A stretch of DNA of 32,000 bases from an uncultured archaeon (GTDB lineage: Archaea; Iainarchaeota; Iainarchaeia; Iainarchaeales; JAAZKV01). The stretch spans positions 570,001 to 602,000 of the forward strand of contig CAZKBG010000001.1 of NCBI GenBank assembly GCA_964551375.1, given 5' to 3'. A program made the position numbers and the translations under genes. A model generated the notes under the pieces. It was not told the DNA's origin. It made no database searches and saw only the letters and a program-made list of their open reading frames with translations. How positions within the stretch are numbered: position 1 is the stretch's first letter; each line of letters starts with the position of its first letter. Shown in pieces: positions 8,594 through 17,204 of this stretch.

Positions 8594-9733
8594 TTATTTT
8601 AAAACCGCTGCGCCCTTTCCAATCAAATAAATCGCGCAAAACAAAGGCAGGGAGACATCAATATTATCAAAAGGGCCAAAAGATTCTCCGCCAAGCGAAA
8701 ATTTAGGCGCCTTAATTACATGCACTTTAACTTCTTCTTTGCCAAAAACAACCGAATCCAAATAAGGGTCGAACTTCTTCAGCCCTTCAATTGAAAGAGT
8801 TTTTGCCAAAAGCCCTGTATCCCCGTGAAGAGTGGAAGGAACTCTCACAATTTTATTTAAATCAGTGCTTGTTTGGCGGTCAATAGGAACAGAAACCGAA
8901 TTTGCAACATGAGTCAAAACAGTTTCCCAAAATTCAGCGTCCCTTTTTGCGTCAAAAGAATAAAGCCGGCCTTTTTGCATTAACTCAAAAATCTTATTGC
9001 TGTTTTCAAAAAAAGAAACAGCTTTCTTTTGAGTTGTCCCCATAACTTTAGCTATAACTTTAACATCCCCGGCGAAAAAATCCCTCACTCCTTCTGAAAG
9101 GCGCTTAACCCAAAGGCCCTTAAAGTGAGGACAATAAAGCGAGTCAAAATTAAAACCCATATTCACAAAATCAAGATTGTGCCCTGTGAGATAATCAACA
9201 AGCTCTATTCTTGCGCGCTTGTTTAAAGTCTGAATCCCGCTCCATCTCAAGTGAACATGATACCCTGCTTTTCCTGAAAAATTAATCGCAAGCGAATCAA
9301 GAGGAAAATTAAAATCCTTATCCAAAAATTCTATTAATCGGAACACCTGCCTTCTTGCTTCGTCCAAATGGGGCTTCTCAAACCACTGAATGCCGTTAAT
9401 CTCTTCAACATTTAACCCAAGCTCATCAGCGTCAAACTCATAAATCAAATCAGACTTTAACCAGCCCTTATTAGACATCGGCGTTTTAGCCGGAAATTTA
9501 TAGCATGAGTTTGAATAAGAAAAAAACATGGGAACGCTTTCTCGCAAAAATGAATTCATTTCAAGCGCTGAAGCAAATGAAATATTGCGGTTCGCAATTT
9601 TTCTCTTAAACACGCCGTAACCAAACTCGCGCAAAGCAATATCCGGCACAGCTTCAACTGTGTGCGAGTTGTAATACGCCCTAAACTGCTTTCTTAAAAA
9701 ATCAGCTTCAGGAGTGTAATGCGCATCAAACAT
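8594..9733 (-). CDS. priS: DNA primase small (catalytic) subunit PriS
   Basis: AEP motifs are present: DLIYEFDAD (motif I), SGKAGYHVHL (motif II) and VPIDRQTSTDLNKIVRVPSTLHGDTG (motif III). The start overlaps the priL stop by 8 nt. Confidence 0.9.
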   Translation of the reverse strand: MFDAHYTPEADFLRKQFRAYYNSHTVEAVPDIALREFGYGVFKRKIANRNISFASALEMNSFLRESVPMFFSYSNSCYKFPAKTPMSNKGWLKSDLIYEFDADELGLNVEEINGIQWFEKPHLDEARRQVFRLIEFLDKDFNFPLDSLAINFSGKAGYHVHLRWSGIQTLNKRARIELVDYLTGHNLDFVNMGFNFDSLYCPHFKGLWVKRLSEGVRDFFAGDVKVIAKVMGTTQKKAVSFFENSNKIFELMQKGRLYSFDAKRDAEFWETVLTHVANSVSVPIDRQTSTDLNKIVRVPSTLHGDTGLLAKTLSIEGLKKFDPYLDSVVFGKEEVKVHVIKAPKFSLGGESFGPFDNIDVSLPLFCAIYLIGKGAAVLK

Positions 9734-10781
9734 TTGGCTTCACCGCCCCTGATTTTATTGCCGCTGAATTCTTCATTCTGTTTTTAACCCTGAATTTTGC
9801 GAGATAATACTGAATCGGATGCCTAAAATTGCCCTCAAGTTTTTCGCAGTCGCTTGTCTTCATCCCATACTCGTCATGAATTTTTTTAAACCCTGGGGCA
9901 TCAAGATCTTTTTCAATAATTCTATCAATGTGATACTCCGCAATTCTTCGGTCATAATCAGGGCTCTTTGAAAAAACTACAAGAAGATCTGCTTTTGACA
10001 TCCCAAGTTTGTGAAGAAAGCCCCCAAGAGTCAAGCGCTCCATGTAAGAAAGCTTCTTTCCTGCAAGCTGATTCGCATATGCATTTGCAAGGCACGGCGG
10101 GAAAAGCTCAGGATCAATTTTGCCAGAAATTTTAACATCAAACTCTCTTTTTTCAATTACTACAAGCTTTGAGTCAAGCTGCTTTGCTGAAATTAACAGC
10201 TGCTTTGGAATAGATTCTTTTGAAATAGGAAGCGAATCAAATATTTTTGAATATGCAAGCTCCGAAACAAAACGCGCAAAAGCATCAGCGCCAAGAGAAA
10301 CTTTTCCGTTTTCAAGAGGACGGTTAATCAAACGAGAAGAATCATCCATAAAATGAATTCCAAGATATTCAAGAAGAGGGACTTCAAAAAAATTAGCGTC
10401 ATTTGAAAGAGAGTAATGAATACCAAAATCATCCGCAAGAGCTATTGCCTCATCCCTTCTTGTATCAATTGAATTTTGAAGAATGCTAAAAGTTCTTGTG
10501 CGAAAATAATTAGCAAACTTATGAATAATATTCGGCGTAGTCATTGCGGAAACAATCATCTTAGCAACTGGAAAAGCCACTATATTGTTTTCCTGGTCTT
10601 CAAGATAGGGGCTCTTAAGATAAGCCAAATCCTTGTCTGAAAAAAAAGCTTTCTCAATAAAAAGCTCCGCGCGCTTAACAGCAGTCGGGGAGATGGCATC
10701 AGTCTGAATCTCGAGCTTCTTTAAGTGATTTTTTGCGTTCTGGGAAAAAGGAAAATTCTGGGCGAAAAAAATGCCATCCAT
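9726..10781 (-). CDS. priL: DNA primase large subunit PriL
   Basis: FPPCLANAY...LSYMERLTLGGFLHKLGMSKADLLVVF...IAEYHIDRI...RHPIQYY matches the PriL C-terminal domain pattern. Only two Cys occur in the whole protein. Confidence 0.85.
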   Translation of the reverse strand: MDGIFFAQNFPFSQNAKNHLKKLEIQTDAISPTAVKRAELFIEKAFFSDKDLAYLKSPYLEDQENNIVAFPVAKMIVSAMTTPNIIHKFANYFRTRTFSILQNSIDTRRDEAIALADDFGIHYSLSNDANFFEVPLLEYLGIHFMDDSSRLINRPLENGKVSLGADAFARFVSELAYSKIFDSLPISKESIPKQLLISAKQLDSKLVVIEKREFDVKISGKIDPELFPPCLANAYANQLAGKKLSYMERLTLGGFLHKLGMSKADLLVVFSKSPDYDRRIAEYHIDRIIEKDLDAPGFKKIHDEYGMKTSDCEKLEGNFRHPIQYYLAKFRVKNRMKNSAAIKSGAVKPNV

Positions 10782-10869
10782 AACTCAATAAACCACTCGA
10801 AAGCATTAAATAAATAAGCAAAGCGCTTCGCCGGAGGGAAGAATTTGAAACTGACAAAATACAAGTTTT

Positions 10870-11586
10870 TTAAAGAATCATGTGGGCTAAATAGAAAACC
10901 ATTTTTCCCGGGCCAATAGAGTAAGAAACTTTCATAGCAGCGTCATTTTTGAGCTCTATTGTTATATGCTTCTCATTTTCCGCCTGACGAACAATATTTT
11001 GCAAAAAATTAAGCGAAAACTTGGCGGTGATTTCTTTCTTTGTGGAAATTGTTGAAACCCTTGAAGCTTCGGACTCCATTACTCCAGATGCTCCTTTAGC
11101 TTCTATGAAAAACTTTCCGTCAGAAACCTTAAGCACCACACTGCTCCCAAAAAGAGACGCATCCTTTAAAATTTCCTTAAACGAAAGCGCCAAGATATCC
11201 ACTTTTGCCTCGTACTCAATTGAAGGAACTTTAATATCATCCTCGGAAACATCAATTAGCGGAAGCCTAAAAGAGCGCTTTAACTCGGATTCAAATTTTA
11301 ATTTTAACTCAGCGTCGGAAACATCAATATACAACTTGTCCGCAGGCATTGCGCGCTGAAGAAGCTTATTTAATTCAACAACATCAATACCAACAAAATT
11401 AGGCTCAATCAAATACTTGTCAAAGTTCTTCTTGTCAACAAAATAATCCACTAAAACCACCTGGCTTGGGTCAATTGCCTTAAACGAAATTCCTTTGTCA
11501 GAGAAGCGAAAATTGCCTTCAGGAATAAATGAAGAAATGGATTCAACCGCGGATTTTAGAAAAGAGCTGTTTCTTAGTTCAAGCAT
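10870..11586 (-). CDS. pcn: DNA polymerase sliding clamp PCNA, paralogue A
   Basis: 238 aa with two-domain PCNA architecture: FKAIDPSQVVLVDY, RLPLIDVSEDD, GKFFIEAKG and KVSYSIG...FYLA. Confidence 0.85.
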   Translation of the reverse strand: MLELRNSSFLKSAVESISSFIPEGNFRFSDKGISFKAIDPSQVVLVDYFVDKKNFDKYLIEPNFVGIDVVELNKLLQRAMPADKLYIDVSDAELKLKFESELKRSFRLPLIDVSEDDIKVPSIEYEAKVDILALSFKEILKDASLFGSSVVLKVSDGKFFIEAKGASGVMESEASRVSTISTKKEITAKFSLNFLQNIVRQAENEKHITIELKNDAAMKVSYSIGPGKMVFYLAHMIL

Positions 11587-11676
11587 TTAATCACTAATAA
11601 ATAGTGCACAGCAGAGTATTTAATAATTAAGGGAGTGCTTGGAAAAACGCCATAAGCAACTCAATTGAAAGTTAAT

Positions 11677-12420
11677 TTACTGGGATTCAATTCTTGGCGC
11701 AAGGAAATAATTAATCTTTGCCTCGCCAATCGGATACGAAACCCTAACAGGAGCATTTGACTTCAAATAAAGACTAACTTTTGCGTCGCTTGAAGCGGCT
11801 TTAAGCATATCCTGCAAATAATCCAGCGGGAACATGCTCTTGCATTCTCTTTTAACCCTGATTTCAGGAAGAGTAACTTTGTTCTGCTTTACATCCTCAT
11901 TTAAATTTCCCTTTGAAGAATTTGCTTTCACAAAAAACTTATCTTCCGAGCAGCCCATCACAACATGAGAGCTGATTAATGCAGCGTCCTTAAATGCGCT
12001 CTGCAAAAATCCCGCTGAAACAATTAACTCAGCATCAAATTCAATTCGGGGATTAGGAACTTCCGAAGTTGAGATATCAATTAAAGGAACTTGAAATGCT
12101 CTCTCCGCATTTCCCTTAAAAGTAACTGTGAGAAAAGCTTTCTTCTCATCAACTGAGAGAACAAGCTCATCAGCGGCACTCGCTCTTGAAAGAACCTGAT
12201 TTAAATAATCTAAATCAAGGCCAAGTCTTGTATCAGCAGAATCAAACTTTGAGAAAGCAGACTTTGGCATTGCAAAATCAACCATTGAAATCTGGCTCGG
12301 ATCAGTCGCTTTAAGATCAAGACCGTTTGAAGAAACAACTAACTCCGCTTCATCAATTAAAACAGCAATCGCTTCCATGCTCTTCTTAAAAACATCCGCG
12401 TTCTTCAAAACAAGCTCCAT
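11677..12420 (-). CDS. pcn: DNA polymerase sliding clamp PCNA, paralogue B
   Basis: Trimmed to ATG 12420 (MELVLKNADVFKK...), 247 aa. Shows LKATDPSQISMVDF, QVPLIDIS, DKFFVKANS and RVSYPIGE..NYFLAPRIE. Only about 25-30% identical to paralogue A by eye. Confidence 0.85.
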   Translation of the reverse strand: MELVLKNADVFKKSMEAIAVLIDEAELVVSSNGLDLKATDPSQISMVDFAMPKSAFSKFDSADTRLGLDLDYLNQVLSRASAADELVLSVDEKKAFLTVTFKGNAERAFQVPLIDISTSEVPNPRIEFDAELIVSAGFLQSAFKDAALISSHVVMGCSEDKFFVKANSSKGNLNEDVKQNKVTLPEIRVKRECKSMFPLDYLQDMLKAASSDAKVSLYLKSNAPVRVSYPIGEAKINYFLAPRIESQ

Positions 12421-12499
12421 TAAACCACACTCTCTTACTAACACAGACCTCATTAGGTTTAAAAAAAGCACTCTCAAACCGTCAAAAAACTAAAAAAAA

Positions 12500-13006
12500 T
12501 CACTGATTTTGCTTAACTTTCTTATAATCAAGGATTTTGCCTGAAGAATCAAGGGTTAAAAGAAGCTTAACTCCGCTAATTTCCACAAGCGCTAAAAAAT
12601 TCTGATTCTGGGCGTTGAAATCAATAACATTAACCTTAGTATTAAGCTGGGACTCAATTTTAGGCTTGAATTTTTTAACAAGCATTGATTTAAGCGAATT
12701 TTCAGCCTTTGAAATCTCAAGCTTCTTTTCAGCAGGAGATTCCTTATGCGCTTTTTGATTTTGAGCTTTCTCAAAAGCCGGCTTCTTTTCAGCAGATTTA
12801 TGAGCAAATTTACCAGCCTTCATTTTTTCAACAGCTGATAAAACTTTACTCGCATGCGCTTCCTCTGCAGATCTTCTTCTTGCAAGAAAGATTATAATTA
12901 ATCCAATAACAATAAGCACAACTGACGCTTCAATCACCAAAATTGAATATTCTATAAGCATCTGGTTTGTAATAAAAGACAAATCAGGAATAATACCTTC
13001 AAGCAT
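12500..13006 (-). CDS. Hypothetical single-pass membrane protein
   Basis: N-terminal TM helix (IEYSILVIEASVVLIVIGLIIIFLA). A Lys/Ala/Glu-rich linker carries an internal duplication (15-nt exact repeat at 12721-12735 and 12781-12795). The C-terminal beta-rich ~50 aa (FLALVEISGVKLLLTLDSSGKILDYKKV) is weakly PepSY-like. Confidence 0.55.
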   Translation of the reverse strand: MLEGIIPDLSFITNQMLIEYSILVIEASVVLIVIGLIIIFLARRRSAEEAHASKVLSAVEKMKAGKFAHKSAEKKPAFEKAQNQKAHKESPAEKKLEISKAENSLKSMLVKKFKPKIESQLNTKVNVIDFNAQNQNFLALVEISGVKLLLTLDSSGKILDYKKVKQNQ

Positions 13007-13087
13007 ACAACAAGTAGGGCAAGGTAGAATAAAAACGTTATGGGGGAAAACAAGAAAAGCTAATTTAACAAAAAGAAGAATGCTTTT

Positions 13088-13906
13088 TTAGCAAATTCCC
13101 TTAAAATCCCTTGGAAGCTTTCCTGTCGCAAGGATTGAGGTAAAATCATCAAGCAGCCATAATTTCACACAGCCTACTTTTGGGATTATAAAAAATGTTT
13201 TTCCCACAACTTCATTTAGCGGAACAGCATAAAGAGTAACGCAAGCCCTCTGCGGAACTCCGTTTGAAATAACCCCGCAGTCCTGATCAAAAGTATAATT
13301 AGTAGAAGAGTTATCGCCTTTTGTGAGAAGATAATCCCCGTCAGGAGCGTGAATCTTTGCAATTGCGCGGTGAATTATGGGCAAATTCATTGGAACTGAA
13401 TTATACACTACTACATTTCCGCTTGTGTTAGGAGTTATTGAAACATTAATATCGCTGAAGTATAATGAAGACAGCTGCCCTGATGTGTAGGACGGCTGGA
13501 CATAATCATAAACACCAACGCCTTTAATCGGACGGGGAAGAGTTACTTCAGAGCCGAAATTATCGCTTGGATTTGCCTTTGAAAGCGCCATCACATCGCC
13601 TCTGAAAAAAGTCGGCTCCATTGAAGCCGAATAAACTATCACAAGAGGGCTTGAAGAGCCAAAAATTATTCCAAGCGCAGTGTAAATAATCCACGCAAAA
13701 ATAAAAGCAAAAACAGCATTAACCAAAAATTCCACAGTTTCGCTCTTTGTGACTTTTTTTACATGAGGAATTACAAACAAATCAACATAAGTAAAAGGAT
13801 CAATCCATTTTAGAAAAGCAAGCTTGTTTTTTAACCAGCCATATGTTTCGCTGATTTTTGAAGGCTTTTTTTCCTTCTTCTTATTAGGATTAACAAACTT
13901 TGCCAT
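13088..13906 (-). CDS. Signal peptidase I, archaeal/ER (Sec11, S26B) type
   Basis: YSASMEPTFFRGD (catalytic Ser box), PIIHRAI (His box), LLTKGDNSSTNYTFDQD (Asp boxes) and an N-terminal TM anchor. The start is ambiguous between TTG 13951 and ATG 13906. Confidence 0.8.
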   Translation of the reverse strand: MAKFVNPNKKKEKKPSKISETYGWLKNKLAFLKWIDPFTYVDLFVIPHVKKVTKSETVEFLVNAVFAFIFAWIIYTALGIIFGSSSPLVIVYSASMEPTFFRGDVMALSKANPSDNFGSEVTLPRPIKGVGVYDYVQPSYTSGQLSSLYFSDINVSITPNTSGNVVVYNSVPMNLPIIHRAIAKIHAPDGDYLLTKGDNSSTNYTFDQDCGVISNGVPQRACVTLYAVPLNEVVGKTFFIIPKVGCVKLWLLDDFTSILATGKLPRDFKGIC

Positions 13907-13967
13907 TAATGAAAATGCTGAAGAACAATTTAAAAAACGACTTTTGGACAAATGCAGGGAGATTTAA

Positions 13968-14942
13968 TCAAAGCCCAAGAGCAAAAGAATGCCTCTTTTG
14001 CCCATAGAAGAAAACTGCAAGTATTATTACAACAAGATAAAAGAAACCCATTAAAAAATAAAGCTCAGTCATTCCCAAAATACCAAGCGCTTCAGTAGCC
14101 GCGCCGTAAGCAACCGAGAAAATCGCAAGCCCTGAAAGGAAAACAACATCCTTAATTATAATCCCTGAATGATGGCTTAAATAATCGCCCCTCGCAACCA
14201 TTGCTGAAAGGATTGCGCCTGCAAGCGCTCCAAAAACATACCCTAATAATTCAGGAGGACCGTGCCCGAGTAAAAGACCCTGAAATAATCCCAAGCCTTT
14301 TGCGAGATTTCCAATCGCAAGCATTTCCCCGAAGAATACACCTAAGATTGACGCATTCCATGCAATCATAAAAATTGCGCCCACACCATACAACAGGGAA
14401 AGAATTACTGTGAGAACCAGAACTTCAAAGTTATTTGCAAAAATAAACCAAGTGCATGAAGGGATATTACTGTTTGTTGAAAGACATGCCTCAAGCCCGA
14501 GCGAAGCAGCCATTCCTGAAACAGAAAGAGGGAGCCCGTCAACGCATGAACCCGAGCCTGAAATTGCACAAAAGGATTTTAGCTGCTCCGCAAAAAGCAT
14601 TGGCCTATCCGCAGGAGACGCAACCGCGTAATAAATTGAAAAAGCAACAATAATTCCGATAAATACCCAGACATAAAGCATAATTATGTTAAAATGGCGG
14701 GCAAAAAAAGTCGAGAAGTGCTTATGATTCACTTCTTCATCGGCTTCCTCATCAGAGAGAATGTTAAAAATTAGAGGAACAAGACCTATTGTAATAAATG
14801 CAACTGAAAGAATTGACGAATGCGTTGGAAACATCTTATCCGCAAAGAAAATGCTCCCCGCGCAGATTAAAAGAGTTATAAAAAAGATAAAAACCGGGTG
14901 CTTTCTAATATTCTTCTCCCCAATTATTGATTCCAAAACCAT
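13968..14942 (-). CDS. Polytopic membrane protein, SpoIIM/DUF95 family-like
   Basis: At least 6 predicted TM helices. FANNFEVLVLTVILSLLYGVGAIFMIAWNASILG and LLGHGPPELLGY resemble the DUF95/SpoIIM signature (NN...G...N...HG..E). Confidence 0.55.
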   Translation of the reverse strand: MVLESIIGEKNIRKHPVFIFFITLLICAGSIFFADKMFPTHSSILSVAFITIGLVPLIFNILSDEEADEEVNHKHFSTFFARHFNIIMLYVWVFIGIIVAFSIYYAVASPADRPMLFAEQLKSFCAISGSGSCVDGLPLSVSGMAASLGLEACLSTNSNIPSCTWFIFANNFEVLVLTVILSLLYGVGAIFMIAWNASILGVFFGEMLAIGNLAKGLGLFQGLLLGHGPPELLGYVFGALAGAILSAMVARGDYLSHHSGIIIKDVVFLSGLAIFSVAYGAATEALGILGMTELYFLMGFFYLVVIILAVFFYGQKRHSFALGL

Positions 14943-15008
14943 TCAACCAACCGCTTTAAAAGTCTTATTTACGAACAATTCATTACACAAATACTCTAGT
15001 TTTTTGTG

Positions 15009-15016
15009 TATAAAAA
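15009..15016 (+). promoter_or_regulatory. Candidate TATA box for csl4 (leaderless geometry)
   Basis: TATAAAAA is centred about 26 nt upstream of ATG 15038, which would place the transcription start at or next to the start codon. No SD lies between them. Confidence 0.35.
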
Positions 15017-15037
15017 CGTTATCTATTGGTGACTAAA

Positions 15038-15790
15038 ATGACTGAAAAAAATAAGATAGTGCTGCCCGGAGAATTCATTGCTACTGAAGAAGAATATGTG
15101 AGCGGAGAAAACACTTACGCGCAGAATGGAAAGATTTTAGCAAGCGCAATGGGCGTTGTAGAACTTGATGATGCTAATAAAGAAGCAAGAATAATCGGAA
15201 AAAAAATTGATGAAATCAGAGAAGGCGACGTAGTAATTGGAAAAGTAATGCTTGTAAAAGAATCAACAGCGGTAATAACCCTGCTAAAAGCTGAAAACGG
15301 CAAAAAAATAACAGGACAAACTGTTGCGCAGCTCGCGGTTCGAAACGTTGCAAACGAATATGTTCACGAACTTAAAAAAACCGTAAAAATAGGGGATGTT
15401 ATCAGGGCGCAGGTTGTCGGATGCAGCCCGCTTGGAGTGGATTTGAGCACAAAAGGCAAGGGACTTGGAATAATTAAAGCATACTGCGCAAACTGCAGAA
15501 ACGAAATGAGCTTTTCAGCAGGAAAATTAATGTGCATATCATGCGGAAATATTGAAGACCGAAAATGGTTTGAAAAAGAAGACACTTACCAGCCAAGACC
15601 CCACAGAGAAGGGGACTTTGGAGGGGGATTTAGAAGCCACGACAGAGGAAGCTTTGGCGGCGGAGGCTTTAGAGGAAGAAGCGGACCAAGAAGAGACGGC
15701 GGGTTTGGAAGAAGAGACGGTCCTAACCGAGGGTTTGGGCCAAGAAGAGACGGCGGAAACAGAGGATTTGGCGGCAGAGACAGGCGCTAA
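15038..15790 (+). CDS. csl4: Exosome cap subunit Csl4 (N-terminal domain, S1, Zn-ribbon) with C-terminal RGG/GAR-like tail
   Basis: VLPGEFIATEEEYVSGENTYAQNGKILAS at the N-terminus, an S1 region (GDVVIGKV...GDVIRAQV) and a Zn-ribbon CANC...CISC. The last 66 aa are about 60% Gly+Arg (FGGGGFRGRSGPRRDGGFGRRDG...). The ORF-track start is TTG 15026; ATG 15038 is preferred. Confidence 0.8.
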   Translation: MTEKNKIVLPGEFIATEEEYVSGENTYAQNGKILASAMGVVELDDANKEARIIGKKIDEIREGDVVIGKVMLVKESTAVITLLKAENGKKITGQTVAQLAVRNVANEYVHELKKTVKIGDVIRAQVVGCSPLGVDLSTKGKGLGIIKAYCANCRNEMSFSAGKLMCISCGNIEDRKWFEKEDTYQPRPHREGDFGGGFRSHDRGSFGGGGFRGRSGPRRDGGFGRRDGPNRGFGPRRDGGNRGFGGRDRR

Positions 15791-15870
15791 AACCAGATTT
15801 AATCAGTTTTAAACCCTAAATGGAACGTTTATAATAATTAGCTTAGGGAAAATAATTAAAGGTGGGCAAA

Positions 15871-16143
15871 ATGAAAGTAACTGTTATAACAAATGAAAAA
15901 AATCACTTGGAATTTTACATGGACGGAGAAAGACACACTCTGCCAAACCTGTTAAAAGAAAAAATCTCAACAGATTCAGCAGTTGAATTCTGCGCATACA
16001 AACTTGACCACCCGCTTGACCTAAGATCAAGACTTGTAATCAAAACAAGCGGAAAAAGCCCAAAGAAAGTTTTGGAAGAATCAATCAAGGCGCTCAAAGA
16101 AGACCTGGCTGAACTAAAAAAAGAGGTTGAAAAGTTAAAGTAA
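15871..16143 (+). CDS. rpoL: DNA-directed RNA polymerase subunit L (Rpo11)
   Basis: MKVTVITNEKNHLEFYMDGERHTLPNLLKEKI...FCAYKLDHPL...LVIKT is the typical RpoL/Rpb11 pattern. AAAGGTGGG SD lies upstream of ATG 15871. The csl4-rpoL linkage is a known conserved archaeal neighbourhood. Confidence 0.85.
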   Translation: MKVTVITNEKNHLEFYMDGERHTLPNLLKEKISTDSAVEFCAYKLDHPLDLRSRLVIKTSGKSPKKVLEESIKALKEDLAELKKEVEKLK

Positions 16144-16166
16144 ACTTTTCAACAAAAATTCTTTTT
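16126..16166 (+). terminator. Putative terminator after rpoL (hairpin plus T-run)
   Basis: Perfect 11-bp inverted repeat gttgaaaagtt (16126-16136) / aacttttcaac (16143-16153) spans the stop codon. It is followed by aaaaattcttttt. Confidence 0.4.
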
Positions 16167-16208
16167 CTAAAAAAATAAAATAACTAAAACAAAAATCAGA
16201 AACTTGAC

Positions 16209-17204
16209 TTACTTCTTTTTCTTCTTTAATTTTCTTTTAGGCTTCTCAGCGCCTTTTGCCTTCTTAACAGCCTTATTTACATAATCCCGCAAAATTTCCT
16301 TATAGTATTGTGATTTTGTGTTTTTTGCGCTTCCGCTTCGCATGCCGTTTGTAACATTAGTAAATGATTCAGCAAGCCTTGAAAATTCGCTTGGGAAAAA
16401 CACTTTGCTTCCTTTGCTATTGCCCATATTTTCAATCGCTTTGATGTAATAATATGAAAGTGCCTTGTCGTCAAGATTTGCAGCAGCTTCCTTAACAGCA
16501 TCAATCTCCGCTTTCTGCGCAAGTGCTCGCTCCATTCTGGCAAGCTTCTGCTGAACTGCGGCTTTCTGCTCATGCATCGCATCAATAACAATTTGAGGAA
16601 TTTCAACGCTCTGAATTTCAATTGATTCAACAGTAACTCCCCAATTCTTTGAAATCTGCTCAAGATTTTCCTTAATCTTCGCATTAATAACTTCAATATT
16701 TGAAACAACTTCAGTCAAATCCATTGAGCCAAGAACATCACGAAGAGAAGCTGTAATGAACTGCTGGGCAGCCATCACATAATCCTCAACTTCAATAATA
16801 GAATTCACAACACTCTGATTATCCTTCTTCACTTTAAGATAAACAATAGCATCAACTGTGAGCTCCACGCCGTCCTTTGTAATAACTTTCTGTTTTGGAA
16901 CATCAATTGTTTTAACACGCAAATCAACAGGGTCATATCTTTCAATAATAGGCCAAATCCAAGTCCACCCCGGACCGCCAACCCTGTGAACCTTACCAAA
17001 ACGATAAATCACAGCACGCTGGTAATCAAGAAGCTGAAGGATAAAATCATATTTATAGACAATTATTGCAAAAGCGGCTAAAATTATAATCCAGACAATA
17101 TTAGTTATTACAAAATCCTGAACTATGAACAAAAAATACACTGCTGCGATTATTGCGAGAATTATAACCCCAAAAACCACAAACCTAAAGTTTTGCGCAG
17201 CCAT
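16209..17204 (-). CDS. SPFH/band-7 (stomatin/prohibitin-like) membrane protein
   Basis: N-terminal TM region, then RAVIYRFGKVHRVGGPGWTWIWPIIERYDPVDLRVKTIDVPKQKVITKDGVELTVDAIVYLKV and a coiled-coil with a Lys-rich tail. ATG 17204 is preferred over TTG 17207. Confidence 0.85.
   Translation of the reverse strand: MAAQNFRFVVFGVIILAIIAAVYFLFIVQDFVITNIVWIIILAAFAIIVYKYDFILQLLDYQRAVIYRFGKVHRVGGPGWTWIWPIIERYDPVDLRVKTIDVPKQKVITKDGVELTVDAIVYLKVKKDNQSVVNSIIEVEDYVMAAQQFITASLRDVLGSMDLTEVVSNIEVINAKIKENLEQISKNWGVTVESIEIQSVEIPQIVIDAMHEQKAAVQQKLARMERALAQKAEIDAVKEAAANLDDKALSYYYIKAIENMGNSKGSKVFFPSEFSRLAESFTNVTNGMRSGSAKNTKSQYYKEILRDYVNKAVKKAKGAEKPKRKLKKKKK

Noticed and set aside
12721-12795. Exact 15-nt direct repeat (gcttcttttcagcag) spaced 60 nt apart
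   Set aside because: It lies in-frame inside the 12500-13006 ORF and simply encodes a duplicated AEKK-containing linker segment. It is not a regulatory or mobile-element repeat.
15552-15812. 86-aa acidic ORF (EE/TE-rich) in an alternative frame over the Csl4 RGG tail
   Set aside because: It is a frame-shifted reading of the GA-rich repeat DNA. The Csl4 frame is continuous with the upstream S1/Zn-ribbon domains, so the RGG reading is the parsimonious one. A sequencing frameshift here would need checking against reads.
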